A stretch of DNA of 64,000 nt from the human T2T-CHM13v2.0 reference genome, Homo sapiens (GCF_009914755.1 NC_060943.1), one strand, 5' to 3'. Numbered from the stretch's first letter, positions 1 to 19,770 are shown. Made by a program: numbers and translations. Notes: generated from the sequence alone by a model not told the origin.

Positions 1-218
1 GGCAGGGAGGCTGGAGGTACCAGAAGCTTGGTTCAGGGATACCATCTGTCGGAGGCACTGACATGGGGAAACAGACTTAAAACAAAGGTACCCCCCTCCT
101 CAAACTGCCAGGCTTCCTTCTGTTCCCAACTTACTGTGTGTGGCAGAAACTCCAGTAAATCAAACAATGACATAAAATAAAATCGGGATTATGTTTTTCT
201 AAGAAACAATATGGCAAT

Positions 219-892
219 GCTGTGAGCCGAATGTTTGTGTCACCTCCAAATTCACATGTCGAAGCCCTAACTCCCAACGTGACTATTTGGAGGTGACGCT
301 TTTAGGAGGCAATTAAGGTTAAATGAGGTCATAAGGATGTGGCCCTGATCTGATAGGATTAATGTCCTGATGGGCAGAGACCTCAGGGAGCTCGCTTTCC
401 CTAAGAGGTCATGTGAGCTCACAGTAAGATGGCGGCCGCCTACAAGCCAAGAGAAAAGGCCTCATAATGAACTACCTGGCCAGCACCTTCGTCTGGGACT
501 TTCTAGGCCCCAGAACTGTGAGAAATAAATTTCTATTTTGTAAACCACCCAGTCTGGGCCGGGCGTGGTGGCTCATACCTGTAATCCCAGCACTTTGGGA
601 GGCCAAGGAGGGTGGATCACAAGGTCAATAGATCGAGACCATCCTGGCCAATATGGTGAAACCCCATCTCTACTAAAAATACAAAAATTAGCCGGGCATG
701 GTGGCGTGTGCCTGTAATCTCAGCTACTCAGGAGGCTGAGGCAGAAGAATCGCTTAAACCTGGGAGGCGGAGGTTGCAGTGAGCCGGGATTAAGCCACTA
801 CAGCCTGGCAACAGAGTGAGACTCCGTCTCAAAAAAAAAAAAAATCACCCAGTCTGTGGCATTTTGTTAGGGTGGCCTGAGTAGACTAAGAC
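219..892 (+). mobile_element. MaLR solo LTR (MLT1A-like), interrupted by an Alu at 557-844
   Basis: Starts TGCTGTGAGCCGAATGTTTGTGTC, contains AGAACTGTGAGAAATAAATTTCT and ends GACTAAGACA. The internal Alu is flanked by a duplicated CACCCAGTCTG (TSD). Confidence 0.75.
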
Positions 893-3674
893 AGTAACAT
901 AACCCCAAGTTGCTTTAATTTTTCTCCCCAGGAACAAAGACGTGGGGAAAAGCAGAAGGCTCAGAGGGAACCCTCCTTTGCCCTGACTTCCCCAAGCTGC
1001 TCACCTGCCCCCTCACCCACTCAGCAGTGCTCTCACTTGGCAGCGGGCTGTGCTCCCGCCTCCTTCCCACAGCAAGTGGGAACCATCTCTGGGACCCCAG
1101 CCCCATAGGGAGAAGGCTAACCCATGGATTAAATCAGATGCCCTGACTGACCCCTCGGGTCTGCCACTTTCCAGTCATGTGGCTGTCAGTGGTCACTCCG
1201 CTGGCCGCAAGCCCCAGTTGTGAACGGAGCTGCCCCAGGCAACTGACTGGATGGAATTACATAGAACCGCAGGCCCGGCCCAGAGCCCATCAGGGTATGG
1301 GACTAAGCAAAACACTCACCTCACGCTCTCCCTGCTGTCTCAAATCAGCAAGAAGCTGGCCCCTCAAAAGCAGAGGCAGGGCCTCCTGTGCCAATCAATC
1401 AATCGTGGAGGCTGAGCCTCCTCCCCATCTCCCCCCACCATCCACAGCCGGAATGAGCGTTGGAGACGGATTAAACTGTGGAATCTGGGACAGAGGGTTG
1501 ACGCCTGGTGAGAGGCGGCCAAATCTCTCTTTGAGGAGTCCTTTGGTGACAGAGAGCCAAAGCCTAGTGCGCCGACCTGAGTTGCAATGAGTACCTATAG
1601 TCACAGCTTGCTCTGATCACACAGGCGCAGGCGCAGACAAGCATGTCCGCCTGCCCTCGGGCCCACCCACCGTGTCTGGAACTGACAGTGCCGGTGACTC
1701 TGCACAGGTGAGAATCGACATGGAGAAAACATGGGGACTTCCTGCTTTCTAGAAACCTTTTGAGGCTTTTTCAGTCACTTACTGAGCACCTACTGAGTGC
1801 TGGGCCTGAGCTTTGAGGATGACAAGTGGCTGCTGCTTGCCCTGGGGGGATAAGAACCAGGGTCTTGCTGCTGCTACCGGGGTCTCCTATGCTACTGGCC
1901 TCCTGACCAGTGACCCTTAGAAAGAACGGGGCCACTGGCCACAGTTCTGCCGGTGGGACCCAGCGTGGTAACTGGGACCTGGGCTGAGGTTAACTTTCCT
2001 GTTCCAGTTTTCAGAAGGAGAGCTCAACTTCCATCAGCTCCAGCTTATCTTGTAGTCAAAGAGCCAAAGGTAATAAGGAAATGAGTTCTACAAGGCATTC
2101 TGGCAAGGTGCTCACCAGGAGCCACTTTCATTTGTAGTGAGAGTGTTTCCTCCCTAAACAAGGCCTCTGATATTGGAGGACAGGGATAGGGGAGGCAGGT
2201 GGTAAATAACCTTCTGTACTTAGACCTCAACTGCTTAAAAGAAAAAACACCAGCTACTGGGGAGGTCACTCAGGCAGGAGTGCAGTGGCACGCTGCAGCC
2301 TTGACTTCCTGGGCTCAAGTGATCCTCCCGCCTCAGCCTCCTGAGTAGCTGGGACTACAGGCATGCGCCACCCTGCCCAGCTAATTTTTATATTTTTTGT
2401 AGAGACGAGGTTTTGCCATGTTGCCCAGGCTGGTCTTGAACCCCTGGATTCAAGTGATCCTCCTGCCTTGGCCTCCCAAAGTGCTAGGATTACAGGCATG
2501 AACCACTACGCCCGACCAGATTTTACCTTGTTTAGAGTAGGACTCCTAGAAAGGTGATCTGTCCTCTGGGCCAGCCCACACCTGTCACCTGCCTACAGCG
2601 AGGCCAGCACAGACACCAGCATCCGCACATGGAAATGTATTGCAATTTGACAGAGTAATTTGATGTCTATTGAATTTAACACAACTTTTGGCCTTACTGA
2701 CTTGTATGTCTGTTTTATTTTTCCTTTCTTTTCCCCAGTAGTTCATCTTGCTTCTGTTTTACATGGCCACCATGCTGGGGTGGCCAAAACCGTGCCTGAG
2801 GCTGGAGGGGCCTGAAGGCTGAGCCTGAGCTGCTGCTGGAAGCTCTGATGAGCCTCTGAACCACCCCAGTCCCAGATCCAAACTCTCAGGGCCCGTAAGA
2901 GCTGGGGTGGAACAGTCCAGAATTGAGAGTAAACCTATTTCCTCGCACGCATCTGTAGGATGCCTGCTTCCCCTCTGCGTCATTACTGTCTTGCGGGTGG
3001 CGGTGGCACTGCCACTTGGAAGGAGCCGGCATTCCACGTTCCTGTGTCAGGGAGGTGATGACACAGGGCAGAGCGCCTGCTCCAGCACTTCCAGTGGAGA
3101 AAACACCAGGACACCAAACAAGGAAGGGGAGACAAAGGCCACGCTGCAGGAGGAGCGACCTACTCACTTTGGGAGACCTGTTTGGTGGGAAGCAGGCCTG
3201 TCCAACCCCAAGAATGCCAGCCCAGGGGTGTCAGGAAGGCTGCGGGAACCCAGGCCATGCGGTGCTGCCATTGGCTTTGGGAGCTGAGGGACTGGATAAG
3301 GTTATTGGCCAAGGAAGGTGTTCCTGCCACGATGCAAGGTGACAGTGTGAGAATAGGTGGGGGCTTCCAAGTGGCTGGGTGGTGCTCTGAGCAGCAGGAG
3401 ACGAGACTGGCTGTGAGAGGCCTATGGAGGAAGTGGTACCGCCTGATTCCCCAGGAGAGTGCCCTGGGATGTGAAGGACATCGTGGGGTGGCCCCAGCAG
3501 GAGGCTGGGGAGCCCAACACAGTGAAGGCAGAAGGCCAGCAGGACTCTTCCATGAGAACCCAAGGCCCCCTACCTTTGGGATCTGGCCTCATTTGCTCCT
3601 GGCACCTCCTCCCACCCCCCAAATCCTGCTGCTGCACACTCCTCTCACCTCTCAGCTCCAATCTAGCTTCCCAG

Positions 3675-4453
3675 TGATACGGGAGTGGGGCAAGGAAGTG
3701 CTGGGTAGAGAAGGGCGGGGTCCCTGGCGAGGGCTCCACCCTCGGCCCTGTGCCCTCGGACCTAAGTGAGAACAAGCATTTCTGTTTTTGTGGCCAAAAG
3801 GTTGCCTTTTGGCCTGCCACGCCCCACATCTTGTGCCCAAATAAGCCTGAGACCTTAAGCAGACACACACAAGCAGCTGGAAGTCGAGAGGAACACACCA
3901 GCAGAAGAACACACCAATAGACACTGGCGGGCCATTGATGGTGGAACAATGCAGACACCAAGGGAAATCCAGGAAAGCCCAGTCACTGAGCGGCCCAACT
4001 CCAGGGCAAAACCACCTTCCCAATCCAACCCCCTTTGGGCCCCCCATCCATCTGCTGAGAGCTACCTACACCACTCAGTAAAACCCTGTACTCATTCTCC
4101 ATGCCCACATGTGATCCGATTTTTCCAGTACACTAAGGCAAGAACCCCAGAATATAGAAAGCCCTTTGTCCTTGAGATAGGGCAGAGGGTCTAACTGAGC
4201 TGATTAACACAAGAAGCCTGCTTCTCTTTCAGCTAAGCTGAAAGAGCACACTGTAACGCATGCCCACTGGGGCTTTGGGAGCTATAAACACAACCCTAAG
4301 ACGCTGCGCTGCTGCTGTGGGGTTGGAGACCACGTTCCCCCCACCTGTCTGACTGCATGCTCCCCCTTAGGGGTTTGAGCTGTGGGGCACCGAAGAAGTG
4401 AGCCACATCCGTCACACACCCTGCAAGGGGGAAAAGGGAACACTCCTGTTTCA
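3675..4453 (+). mobile_element. ERV1 solo LTR, LTR1 family
   Basis: TG...CA termini (TGATACGGGAG ... CCTGTTTCA), near-TSD CCCAG/CCCGG, ~780 bp. Internal motifs resemble the LTR1 consensus as I recall it. Confidence 0.75.
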
Positions 4454-5796
<1,343 letters not shown>

Positions 5797-6137
5797 TCAA
5801 GCCCCACAGCAAACCCCAGTCTTCCTGGAGATATTTTAAAGCCACTGATTCAAATCAGACACAGGTAGACAGGGAGGTCCCTCCTCGGCTCAGACCAGCA
5901 GGGTCCAGTCAAGGAGACCAGAAACTCGGGAGGGGGACAGACCAGCAGGCAGCAAGGCATGACGAAGAAGATGTGACCCACTCACAGGCTGAAGGGTGTC
6001 CCTACAGCTGGAGTAACCCAGAGAGTCATGGATGTAATGGACAACTTCCCCTCCCCTCCACACTGCCCCCAACAGACCTCAAGGTGTGGTCTGACATGAC
6101 CAAGGGCTGGTTTTTTTTTTTTTTTTTTTTGAGATGA

Positions 6138-6236
<99 letters not shown>

Positions 6237-6651
6237 TGAGTAGATGGGACTATAGGCATGCACCACCATGCCTGGCTAATTTTTGTATTTTTAGTAGAGA
6301 TGGGGTTTCACTATGTTGGCCAGGCTGGTCTCGAGCTCCTGACCTCGTGATCACCCCCTTGGCCTCCCAAAGGGCTGGGATTACAGGCGCGAGCCACCTC
6401 CTGGCCCAAGGGCTGTTTTATCTTATGGTTTCCTGGGCATCATGGGCACTGAGTTTACTCCTTAACTCTAAACAAGGAGACTTCTGGAGCCCAGCCTGTT
6501 TGTATTAAGAACTGCCTGGCTTTACCTTTTAGGCCACATCCCACAGGTTAGTTCATTTAAGTAACATTCTAGGACAGGCGCTAGAACAGGCTTTGTTCTG
6601 TTCTCTGAGGCAGACCAGCCTGGCCAACATGGTGAAACCCCATCTCTATTA

Positions 6652-6852
<201 letters not shown>

Positions 6853-7031
6853 TCATGGAAGTTTCTCAGATCCACAGGACTTTAAAAAGAATAACCCTTA
6901 AAAAACACTCATCAGTTTCTGAAATAGTGGCTGCCACACACTAGATATTCACCCAACTGAGGGATTATCACACTAGGCAAATCTCCGTCATCTCTAATTA
7001 AAATACATCACAACCAGTCACAACTGAAGTG

Positions 7032-7464
7032 TGTCAGGCCTCTGAGCCCAAGCTAAGCCATCATATCCCTTGTGACCTGCACGTATACATCCAGATGGCC
7101 TGAAGCCACTGAAGATCCACAAAAGAAGTGAAAATAGCCTTAACTGATGACATTCCACCATTGTAATTTGTTTCTGCCCCACCCTAACTGATCAATGTAC
7201 TTTGTAATCTCCCCCACCCTTAAGAAGGTTCTTTGTAATTCTTTCCACCCTTGAGAATGTACTTTGTGAGATCCACCCCCTGCCCAAAAAACACATTACT
7301 CCTAACTTCACCGCCTATCCCAAAACCTATAAGAACTAATGATAATCCCACCACCCTTTGCTGACTCTCTTTTTGGACTCAGCCCACCTGCACCCAGGTG
7401 AAATAAACAGCCATGTTGCTCACAGAAAGCCTGTTTGGTGGTCTCTTCACACGGACGCGTGAGA
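7032..7464 (+). mobile_element. HERV-H solo LTR (LTR7 family, LTR7B/Y-like)
   Basis: Diagnostic start TGTCAGGCCTCTGAGCCCAAGCTAAGCCATCATATCCC, U3 repeats (CCCACCCTTAAGAAGGTTCTTTGT), AATAAA at ~7402, and end GGTCTCTTCACACGGACGCG; ~430 bp. Confidence 0.9.
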
Positions 7465-8311
7465 AATGAAGATGCTGGAACCACAATCAAATATGCAAAT
7501 TAATTTCATTTCCATATGTTTACATGTTTGTTAATTAAAACACTGCAGTTCTGAAATAAACTAGTATGTGATTTTTAAAAAAATGCCTACTGTTCTGTAC
7601 ATTTAAAAAATAAATAGGCTGAGCATGTGGTGGCTTATGCCTGTAATACTAGCACTTTGAGGGGCTGAGACGGGAGGATCACTTAAGCCCAGGAGTCCCA
7701 GACCAGCCTGGGCAACACAGCAAGACCCCCATCTATAAAAAGTACAAAAATTAGCCGGATATGGTGGCTTCTATCTGTAGTCTCAGCTACTTGAGAGGCT
7801 GAGGTGGGAGGATCACCTGAACCTGGGAAGTCAAGAATGCATTGAGCCATGATCATGCCACTGTACTCCAGCCTGTCTCTTTGAGACAGAGCAAGACCCT
7901 GTCTCAAAAAATAAACAAACAATTATATGAGCTGCTAATGCTGAGTAAAAATGATATGCGGTTTAGGCTTGTTTTTCTGTGCTACTGTCCTTGCATGTGG
8001 TAACAGGGCAAAAGGAAGACAGCAAAACACTGTAATATATAGTGCTGTAATATATATTTTTCCAGATGTGCCAGGCAGCACATCTGGAAAAACAAGCCCC
8101 TGTGAGGAGTTGCAAACATTTAAGAGCCACAGCTAAGAAAAACAGCACTTGGCCGGGCATGATGGCTCCTGCCTGTAATCCCAGCACTTTGGGAGGCCAC
8201 GAAGTCAGGAGATCAGGATTATCATGGCTAACACGGTAAAACCCCATCTTTACTAAAAATACAAAAAATTAGCCAGGCGTGGTGGCATGCACCTGTAGTC
8301 CCAGCTACTCA

Positions 8312-8467
<156 letters not shown>

Positions 8468-8480
8468 CTATCTACCATAA

Positions 8481-9930
<1,450 letters not shown>

Positions 9931-10341
9931 CAATTTTTGTATTTTTAGTAGAGACAGGGTTTCACCATGTTGGCCAGGCTGGTCTCGAACTCCTGACCTC
10001 GTGATCTACCCGCCTCACCCTCCGAAAGTGCTGGCATTACAGGTGTGAGCCACCGTGTGGCCCAATTTTTTCATCTGAAGAAATGCTCTAATTTCAAACA
10101 ACAACAAATGAGAGCCATGGGGGAAAGGTCTAGAAGCTTCAGGAGCTGGGCTACAGTCACCATGAGGTGTGGTGCCTCTTTGGCTGAGTCTCACACAGGG
10201 AGGTAACCAGCCTAGCAACATGCACACTAACCATGACCAACCAATTCCCAGCCTGCGAATCAAAGAGTTTTAGGTCATCCAATGCCCTGACTACTCTAAA
10301 AAGAATTTCCCAAGGAACTGATCTATCAATAAGTTCACCAG

Positions 10342-11284
<943 letters not shown>

Positions 11285-11549
11285 CTACGGTGTGCCAATC
11301 CCACAACAGGGCAGAGATGAACCACAGATCTGCCTTGTGCTTTCTTGATGCTGGTCTTCCAGGAAAGGAGTCAGAGGTCAGAAGACAAACCAGAAAAGTG
11401 CAAGCACACAAGACAGTTTCCGTCAGTGGTTAAGCCCTAAGAGGCAGCAAAGAAGTGCTAATTCATAAGAATGTGTATGTGCACTAAGGCCTTAAGCTAC
11501 AGGCACACTGTTTTAGATACGGCCCCTACCAAAGACCCTCAATCCTTGA

Positions 11550-12272
<723 letters not shown>

Positions 12273-12339
12273 TAGTTATCATGGACATCAGGTTGTTTTC
12301 AGATTCCTTAATCTGTATATTTATATACAATGATCCACT

Positions 12340-12525
12340 TCTCTGTCCAACAGACACTTTGGCAATGATAGGATGTTCTAGACCTTTCTATTATAGGAGG
12401 CACCAGCCCTGTGTGGCTGCTGAGACTTGAAATGTGGCTGGTGTGGCTGAGGAATGCACTGGTTAATTGCATTTGGTTTTAATTAATTCAAATGTAAACA
12501 GCCCTGCGTTGAGTATCTGGAGCCA
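12340..12525. mobile_element. MER3-like hAT DNA transposon relic
   Basis: CTGTCCAA...ACTTGAAATGTGGCTGGTGTGGCTGAGGAA...TTTTAATTAATTCAAAT resembles MER3. Confidence 0.65.
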
Positions 12526-13367
12526 CCCAGCTGATGAGACTCAGGGGCTCAATTTGTGAGTTACCCTGAGACTGAGGGGAGGAAAGGATACTCCAATCAA
12601 CCTGGAGAATAAGTCCCCCAGCTGCCGGGGTCTACTCCCACAAGAACCCTAAAGAAATGTACATGGGACTCAGCCCCAGGGTACAGCTAATTAGAAAAAG
12701 GATCTCAGTTCCAGAGAGGTGACTCATAGGCCTCAGGGTGACTGCTAGGACCCAGGAAAGCCCCATGAGCACCATGACACCCCAGCTTCCTGGCTGAATT
12801 TACAGAACCCGATTCTGTAATTGCAACAGATCCGACCAGCTGACGAGGAAGGGAAAGAATGAGAATGGCTTATGCCTGCCAACTACTAGCAAGGCCAATC
12901 ATTAGTCAGGAAGACAAAAAGGCATTCCCTGATGTTATGCATTATTTACATTTACTCCTCTGAATGGGGCTCTGTGCGTTCCTACAGCACAGCAAGGGTT
13001 CCTGCAGCACAACAGCCCTGGCTGAGAAACTTCTTGTTCCCCAGAGACACAGTCACAGGGTGGAGAAGGCAAAGCAGGCCCCTTCTCAAGAACGGCCCAG
13101 GATGGGATGGCCGAGTGGGTCTGCAAGGGGCCTCTGGGGCTCAGCACACCGCCTCGGAGCTGCCTACCCACTCGAGATCTGAGATCCGAAGCTTTTCACA
13201 CAAGCTGTCACTCATGCTCATGTGGAGGTAAAGCCTGACACATTCCAACGTGCCAGGCTGTCCCTGCTCTGGTGCCAAACACCACTGTGTGAATTCAGGC
13301 CACGCCTCAGTCCTCACTGGGAACATCAATGTGACAAACCTTATTTTTTATTTTTATATTTTTTTAG

Positions 13368-13544
<177 letters not shown>

Positions 13545-15604
13545 TGAGGGAGGTGGGGGGGTGGTTCACCATATTGGCCAGGCTGGTCTCGAACTCCTGA
13601 CCTCAGGTGATCCGTCTGCCTCAGCCTCCCAAAGTGCTGGGATTATAGGCGTGAGCCACTGTACCTGGCCAACGTGACACATCTTAAATCCAACGCTTTC
13701 GAATTCTGCAACATACCTAGTCCCAGGGTCTCAGCAAAGGGACTGTGGCCCGTATCTGGTTCTCCCAGCTAAATTCAAAGCTCTGCAACTAATCAGGGTT
13801 TATTTTGTTCTCAGAACAGCTCCTCTAGACACCGAGGAGGACAGCTGTTTCTGGGAAGGAGGGTTTGGGAGGAAATGCATACGCTGAGGGTGTCCTTGGC
13901 CTTCAGAGACCACCGCAGGGCAGGAACACCCAGACACTGTGGTGTGGTGAAGCTGACCCCAGGAGACAAGCTTTGAGGGACCTGCCTGCATACCTCCGAC
14001 AGGCCATTCCTGGGGTTCACCAGGGACTGCTGGCAGTGCATCCGGTGATGCCAGGTTTACATGGAGGACCACGTTCTTTTCAGGCTGCTGTGAGTGATAA
14101 GCCCTGTGTTCTAAGTCAGGCCCCCAGACACTGAATCTTCTGAACCTCATAAGGGGAACTGGATGAAAGGGATTTCAGTTAGTATGTATCAGTCACCAGA
14201 AACAGTTTTTCAATCAACAAAAACAGAAAGGCACCGGGACAGACCCTGAGAACATAGCGCATCCTAGACCCTGCGCTGGCCAGGAATGGTCATTGTTCAG
14301 ATGACACAGGTGGGTGTGTGGGGCCCATGAGTGCCGGCCATGAGGGACAGGCCCTGGGTCCCTTTCATGAGTGAGGACAGTGTACGGGGTGGGGCGGCAT
14401 GCAGCCTGGCTGTGGGTGACTGGTGTGCCCTGGGGAGGCCCCTGTCTCTTAGAGCTTCCCACTGCCCATCTGTAAAACGGGAGAAAAGGGTCTGCCCGAG
14501 GCTGTGCAGGGCTCTGGGGAACAACTCGAGGAAGCCCCGAGCTGCCTGCCCAGGCTCCATCAATACCCACCAGACTTAATCTTTGCCGTTGTTGTTGTTG
14601 TAGAGACAGGGTCTTACTGTGTTGCCCAGGTTGGTCTCATACTCTTGGGCTCAAGCGATTCCAAAGTACTGGGATTATAAGTGTGAGCCACCATGTCCTG
14701 CCCCACCAGGCTTTAAATGCTCTGTGGAAGTTTGGTCTTTACCATAAGGCCTGCTGCAGACTTCAGCCAGAGGGAAATGTGAGAACTGTGGGTTAAATCG
14801 AGAAGCACGCCAGGACCCCGGCTCATGGGATTGCCCTTCAAGAGGCGGCCCGTGGGTACCACAGGGTGCAGGATCAGGACCATGAACAGTTTCCTCTGGG
14901 CTGAGACTTGGCCATTCCTAGTCACGGGATGAGGACAGATGGAGCAGAATCGAAATCCTGTTTACTTTCCTGCCACTGGCTGGTTTGTCTCCGAGACTAG
15001 AAGGCTGAGGTGTTCCTGACATCAAGGCAGGTGGCCCACAGGTGGGACCCACAGCACTCACTGACTGCACTTCCTGATATAAAAAGATACCTGGACACTC
15101 CAGGTGACACTCAGGAACAGGCATCCCTCAGCTCCAGGCTTGTGCATTTCAGGGAGGAGCAGTTGCTGTCTCATCCCTGTCCTACTGTACCCCAAAACAT
15201 ACCCTGTACCCAGATGTTTGAGCCAGTCAGTGGGAAGAAAGCATTAGCTTCCAAGGAAATGCCCAGGTGGCCGGTGCTCTGAGCCCTGCAGCGGCCTTGG
15301 GACTCAGCTTGGAGGAATCAAAAGTCCTGAGTGGCCAGGCACAGTGGCGCCTGCCTGTAACCCCACACCTTGGGAGGCTGAGGCAGGAGGATCACTTGAG
15401 CTCAGGAGTTCAAGGCCAACCTGGGCAACATACTAAGACCTCATCCCCCCAAAAATAGTCCTCAGCGACCCCTAGACATGGTGGTGTGTGCGGAAGCTGA
15501 GGTGTGAGGATCACTTGAGCCCAGGAGTTTGAAGCCAATCTGGGCAACACAGTGAGACTCTGTGTCTTAATTAAAAAAAAAAAAAAAAAAAAATTAAAAA
15601 ATTA

Positions 15605-15924
<320 letters not shown>

Positions 15925-17353
15925 CTAGGCAGATGGGGGTAGGGAGGTGGGGCGACACCAGCGGTTGAAATGGACAGACATCTCAGCTGCACTGGCAACA
16001 GTTGGTATCAACTCTTGTTTTCCCTCCTGAAACTGCTGAATTTGAGACTAACAGACTCATGCAGTAACATCCACACAGGGGCAGATGGAATTATGAAGAG
16101 GCGTGCCCAGGCTGAACACCCACACTCTCAAAAATTGGTTTCTCGTTCAGCCCCAGCAGCTCACTGGTAGGAAGGTCAAGAATGACAGCTTCCTGAGACT
16201 ACAGTTGATTAAAGTACTTTTTTTTTTTAGACAGGGTCTCACTCTGTCACCCAGGCTGGAGTGCAGTGGCGCAATGTCATCTCACTGCAACCTCTGCCTC
16301 CTGGGTTCAAGTGATACTCCTGCCTCAGCCTCCTGAGTAACTGGGATTACAGGCGCATGCCACCACGCCCAGCTAATTTTTGTATTTTTAGTAGAGACGG
16401 GGTTTCATCATGTTGGTCAGGCTGGTCTCGAACTCCTGATCTCAGGTGGTCCAACTGCCTCGGCCTCCCAAAGTGCTGGGATTACAGGCGTGAGCCACCG
16501 CACCCAGCCTTTAAAAAGTACTTTTTAAAATAGTTTTTTATTATTACTAAATTCCAGATGTTGCATTGCTAAACATCCGCTGTGGGCAGTGGGGAGCCCC
16601 CAAAGGCTGCTTCCTGGGGTCAGGGTCAGGGGTGAGCAAGGGACAACTTGGGCTGCCTGTGCCTATTGGTACACATGCCTCAGCAAGTGGTCCTGACACT
16701 GGCTTATTTTTATTAGGTGAAAAGTGAAAGGGACCAACATTACACAATTCCACAATACTAAGAAACACGTGACCACAGCCAGTGTCTCCAGGGGGTGGAT
16801 ACACATTGGCTGTGTCCTTCTGAGCGGCTTCCCTCAGCCTGCAGTACTTGGGGCTCATTCGGGTACAGGGCCCCCGCTTGTCCAGCTTACCACACGAATG
16901 CTGAAGCACCATCAGGGAGTGCTGCCAGGGAGTTGAGGGCAAATTTGCTTAAAACCAGTTCACCGCTAACAAGAAACTTGTGTGTCTGGTTCCCCAGGAA
17001 AGCCTAACCTTTGTGTTTCCATTTCCATGGCATCTGCTCCCCACAATTTAAATAAGGAACAGATAAGACAGGTCATCAGATATTTACATACCCATGAGAG
17101 GCATATGAGGTGGGCAGGAAGCCAGGGGCATCACAGCCCAGCATCTGGCCCCGTCGGGAGGATGACCTGGCACTGGGTGTTGGAGACCAACAGGGGGCAT
17201 ATCATGTGGGGGCTGTCAGCAGCAGCAGTCTGCTGGGGGGTGGGGACAAGGAGGGGTCTGCTTGGCTGGGGGATTAAGTATACTTGGGGGTGAAGGAGGT
17301 GGGAGATTGATTACACAAGCAAAAGTACTGAGGACAACAGGAGCAGGCTCTCA

Positions 17354-17764
<411 letters not shown>

Positions 17765-17852
17765 CTACTCAGAGGCTGAGGCAGGAGAAATGCTTGAACC
17801 TGGGAGGCTGAGATTGCACCACTGCACTCCAGGCTGGGCAACAGAGTGAGAA

Positions 17853-17883
<31 letters not shown>

Positions 17884-18600
17884 ACAAACAAAAATAAAGA
17901 TATCATAATGAACTCATGGTTTTTAATATATAAAAACATAGGAAAACAGATGTGAATGTGTGCGCACGTGTGTGTGTGTACACACGCATCTGTAATAACC
18001 CACAAATATTCCTTAGCTCTGTGTCCTAAGAGTGTCCAAGAGCAGCAACACCCCAACAGCAATGAGCACATCAAAGGCCAAGATTTACTCTGAAAGGAAT
18101 CAGGGCTCCTTAGAGAATTGGGTGAAGCAGGCAGAGGCAGAACAGAATATGAGCCTGGTTGGGCACAGTGGCTCACACACGTAATCCCAGCATTTTGGGA
18201 GGCCAGGAGTTTGAGACCAGCCTGGGCAACATGACAAAACCCTCTCTCTACAAAAAATACAAAAATTAGCTGGGCAACGTGGCTCGTGCCTGTAGTCCCA
18301 GCTACTTGGGAGGATGGGGTGTGAGGATCACCCACCCAGGAGGCTGAAGTGAGCCAAGATTATGTCACTGCCCTCCAGCCTGGGTGACAGAGTGAGACCC
18401 TGTCTCCAAAAAAAAAAAAAAAAAGGCCAGGTGTGATGGCTCACGCCTGTAATCCCAGCACTTTGGGAGGCAGACAGGCAGGCGGATCACCTGAGGTCAG
18501 GAGTTCAAGACCAGCCTGGCCAACATGGTGAAACCCCATCTTTAATAAAAAATACAAAAAATTAGCTGGGTGTGGTGGCAGGCGCCTGTAATCCCGGCTA

Positions 18601-18786
<186 letters not shown>

Positions 18787-19269
18787 TTAAATGTAGATTT
18801 AAACTTGAATTTCTCCTTTAGTCACCAGATCTCTTCTGAAGGCTGGGCACCATGCCCACAGCCTTACATATATGAATTCACACAGCCCTCAACAGTCCTC
18901 AGTAACCATGAGCTAAGTATTATTATTGCCCCACAAATCAGAGGAGGACCAGGAACAGAGAAAGGTTCAGCCAAGGACCAGGGTCATGCAGCCAGAGGTG
19001 GAGGCAGAATTCAGACCCTCTTGCTGTTCTCAACTACTATATATGTCAAGTACACATCAATCTTGCACCAAAACAGTGTTCAGAAAGAAGCACACTTTTG
19101 TACAACATATACACACACTTTCCACAAGCCTCAGCAAATATGAAGTGCTATGCTCCAAAGTGACACACAAAATTCAAATAATTGACCTCAAGAGACCAAC
19201 TCACTCTAAGAAATCAAGTGACACGTTGTGCAGATGACCCTTGGTTTAAATATCTTCATCTTATTTGGT

Positions 19270-19770
19270 GGCCCCACTTATAAGCTACTTTCAAATTGTT
19301 ATTAACCTTGACCAAGTGATCAAGGTCAATGGTAGCAGTGACAGGACATATTGACAGCATGTTTTCCCTGACACAATGTGCTGAGGACACACACATTGCC
19401 TCTGTGGGACTCTGGCCACAGATGCACAACTTCAGTCCAATCTAGAGGAAACATCAGACAAACCGCACTGAGGGATGTTCTACAAAATGACTGAGCGCTT
19501 CTTAAAATGGTCAGCGTCATTCATGGATGACAAGGTCACAGATCACAGGAGACCAAAGAGACATGATGACTAAATACAACGTGGGATTCAGGGCAGAAAA
19601 GGGCATTAGGGCAAAAACTGGGGAACTCCAAATGAGGTCTGTAGTTCAGTTAAAGATCATTGTACTCAGCGTAATTTCCTGGTTTCCATATTTGTACTAT
19701 GGCTCTGAAGGTGTTGACGAGACAGGAAGCCCGGAGAAGGAGATACGAGAACTCTCTGTACTATTTTTTC
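19270..19770 (+). mobile_element. Old L1 (L1MC/ME) 3' fragment
   Basis: GAAACATCAGACAAACC...GAGACATGATGACTAAATACAACGTGG...GAACTCTCTGTACTATTTTTTCAACTTTTCT. Confidence 0.6.

Noticed and set aside
3182-3961. 195-aa and 179-aa ORFs
   Set aside because: They overlap the LTR1 boundary, lack ATG or domain evidence, and show no gag/pol/env similarity.
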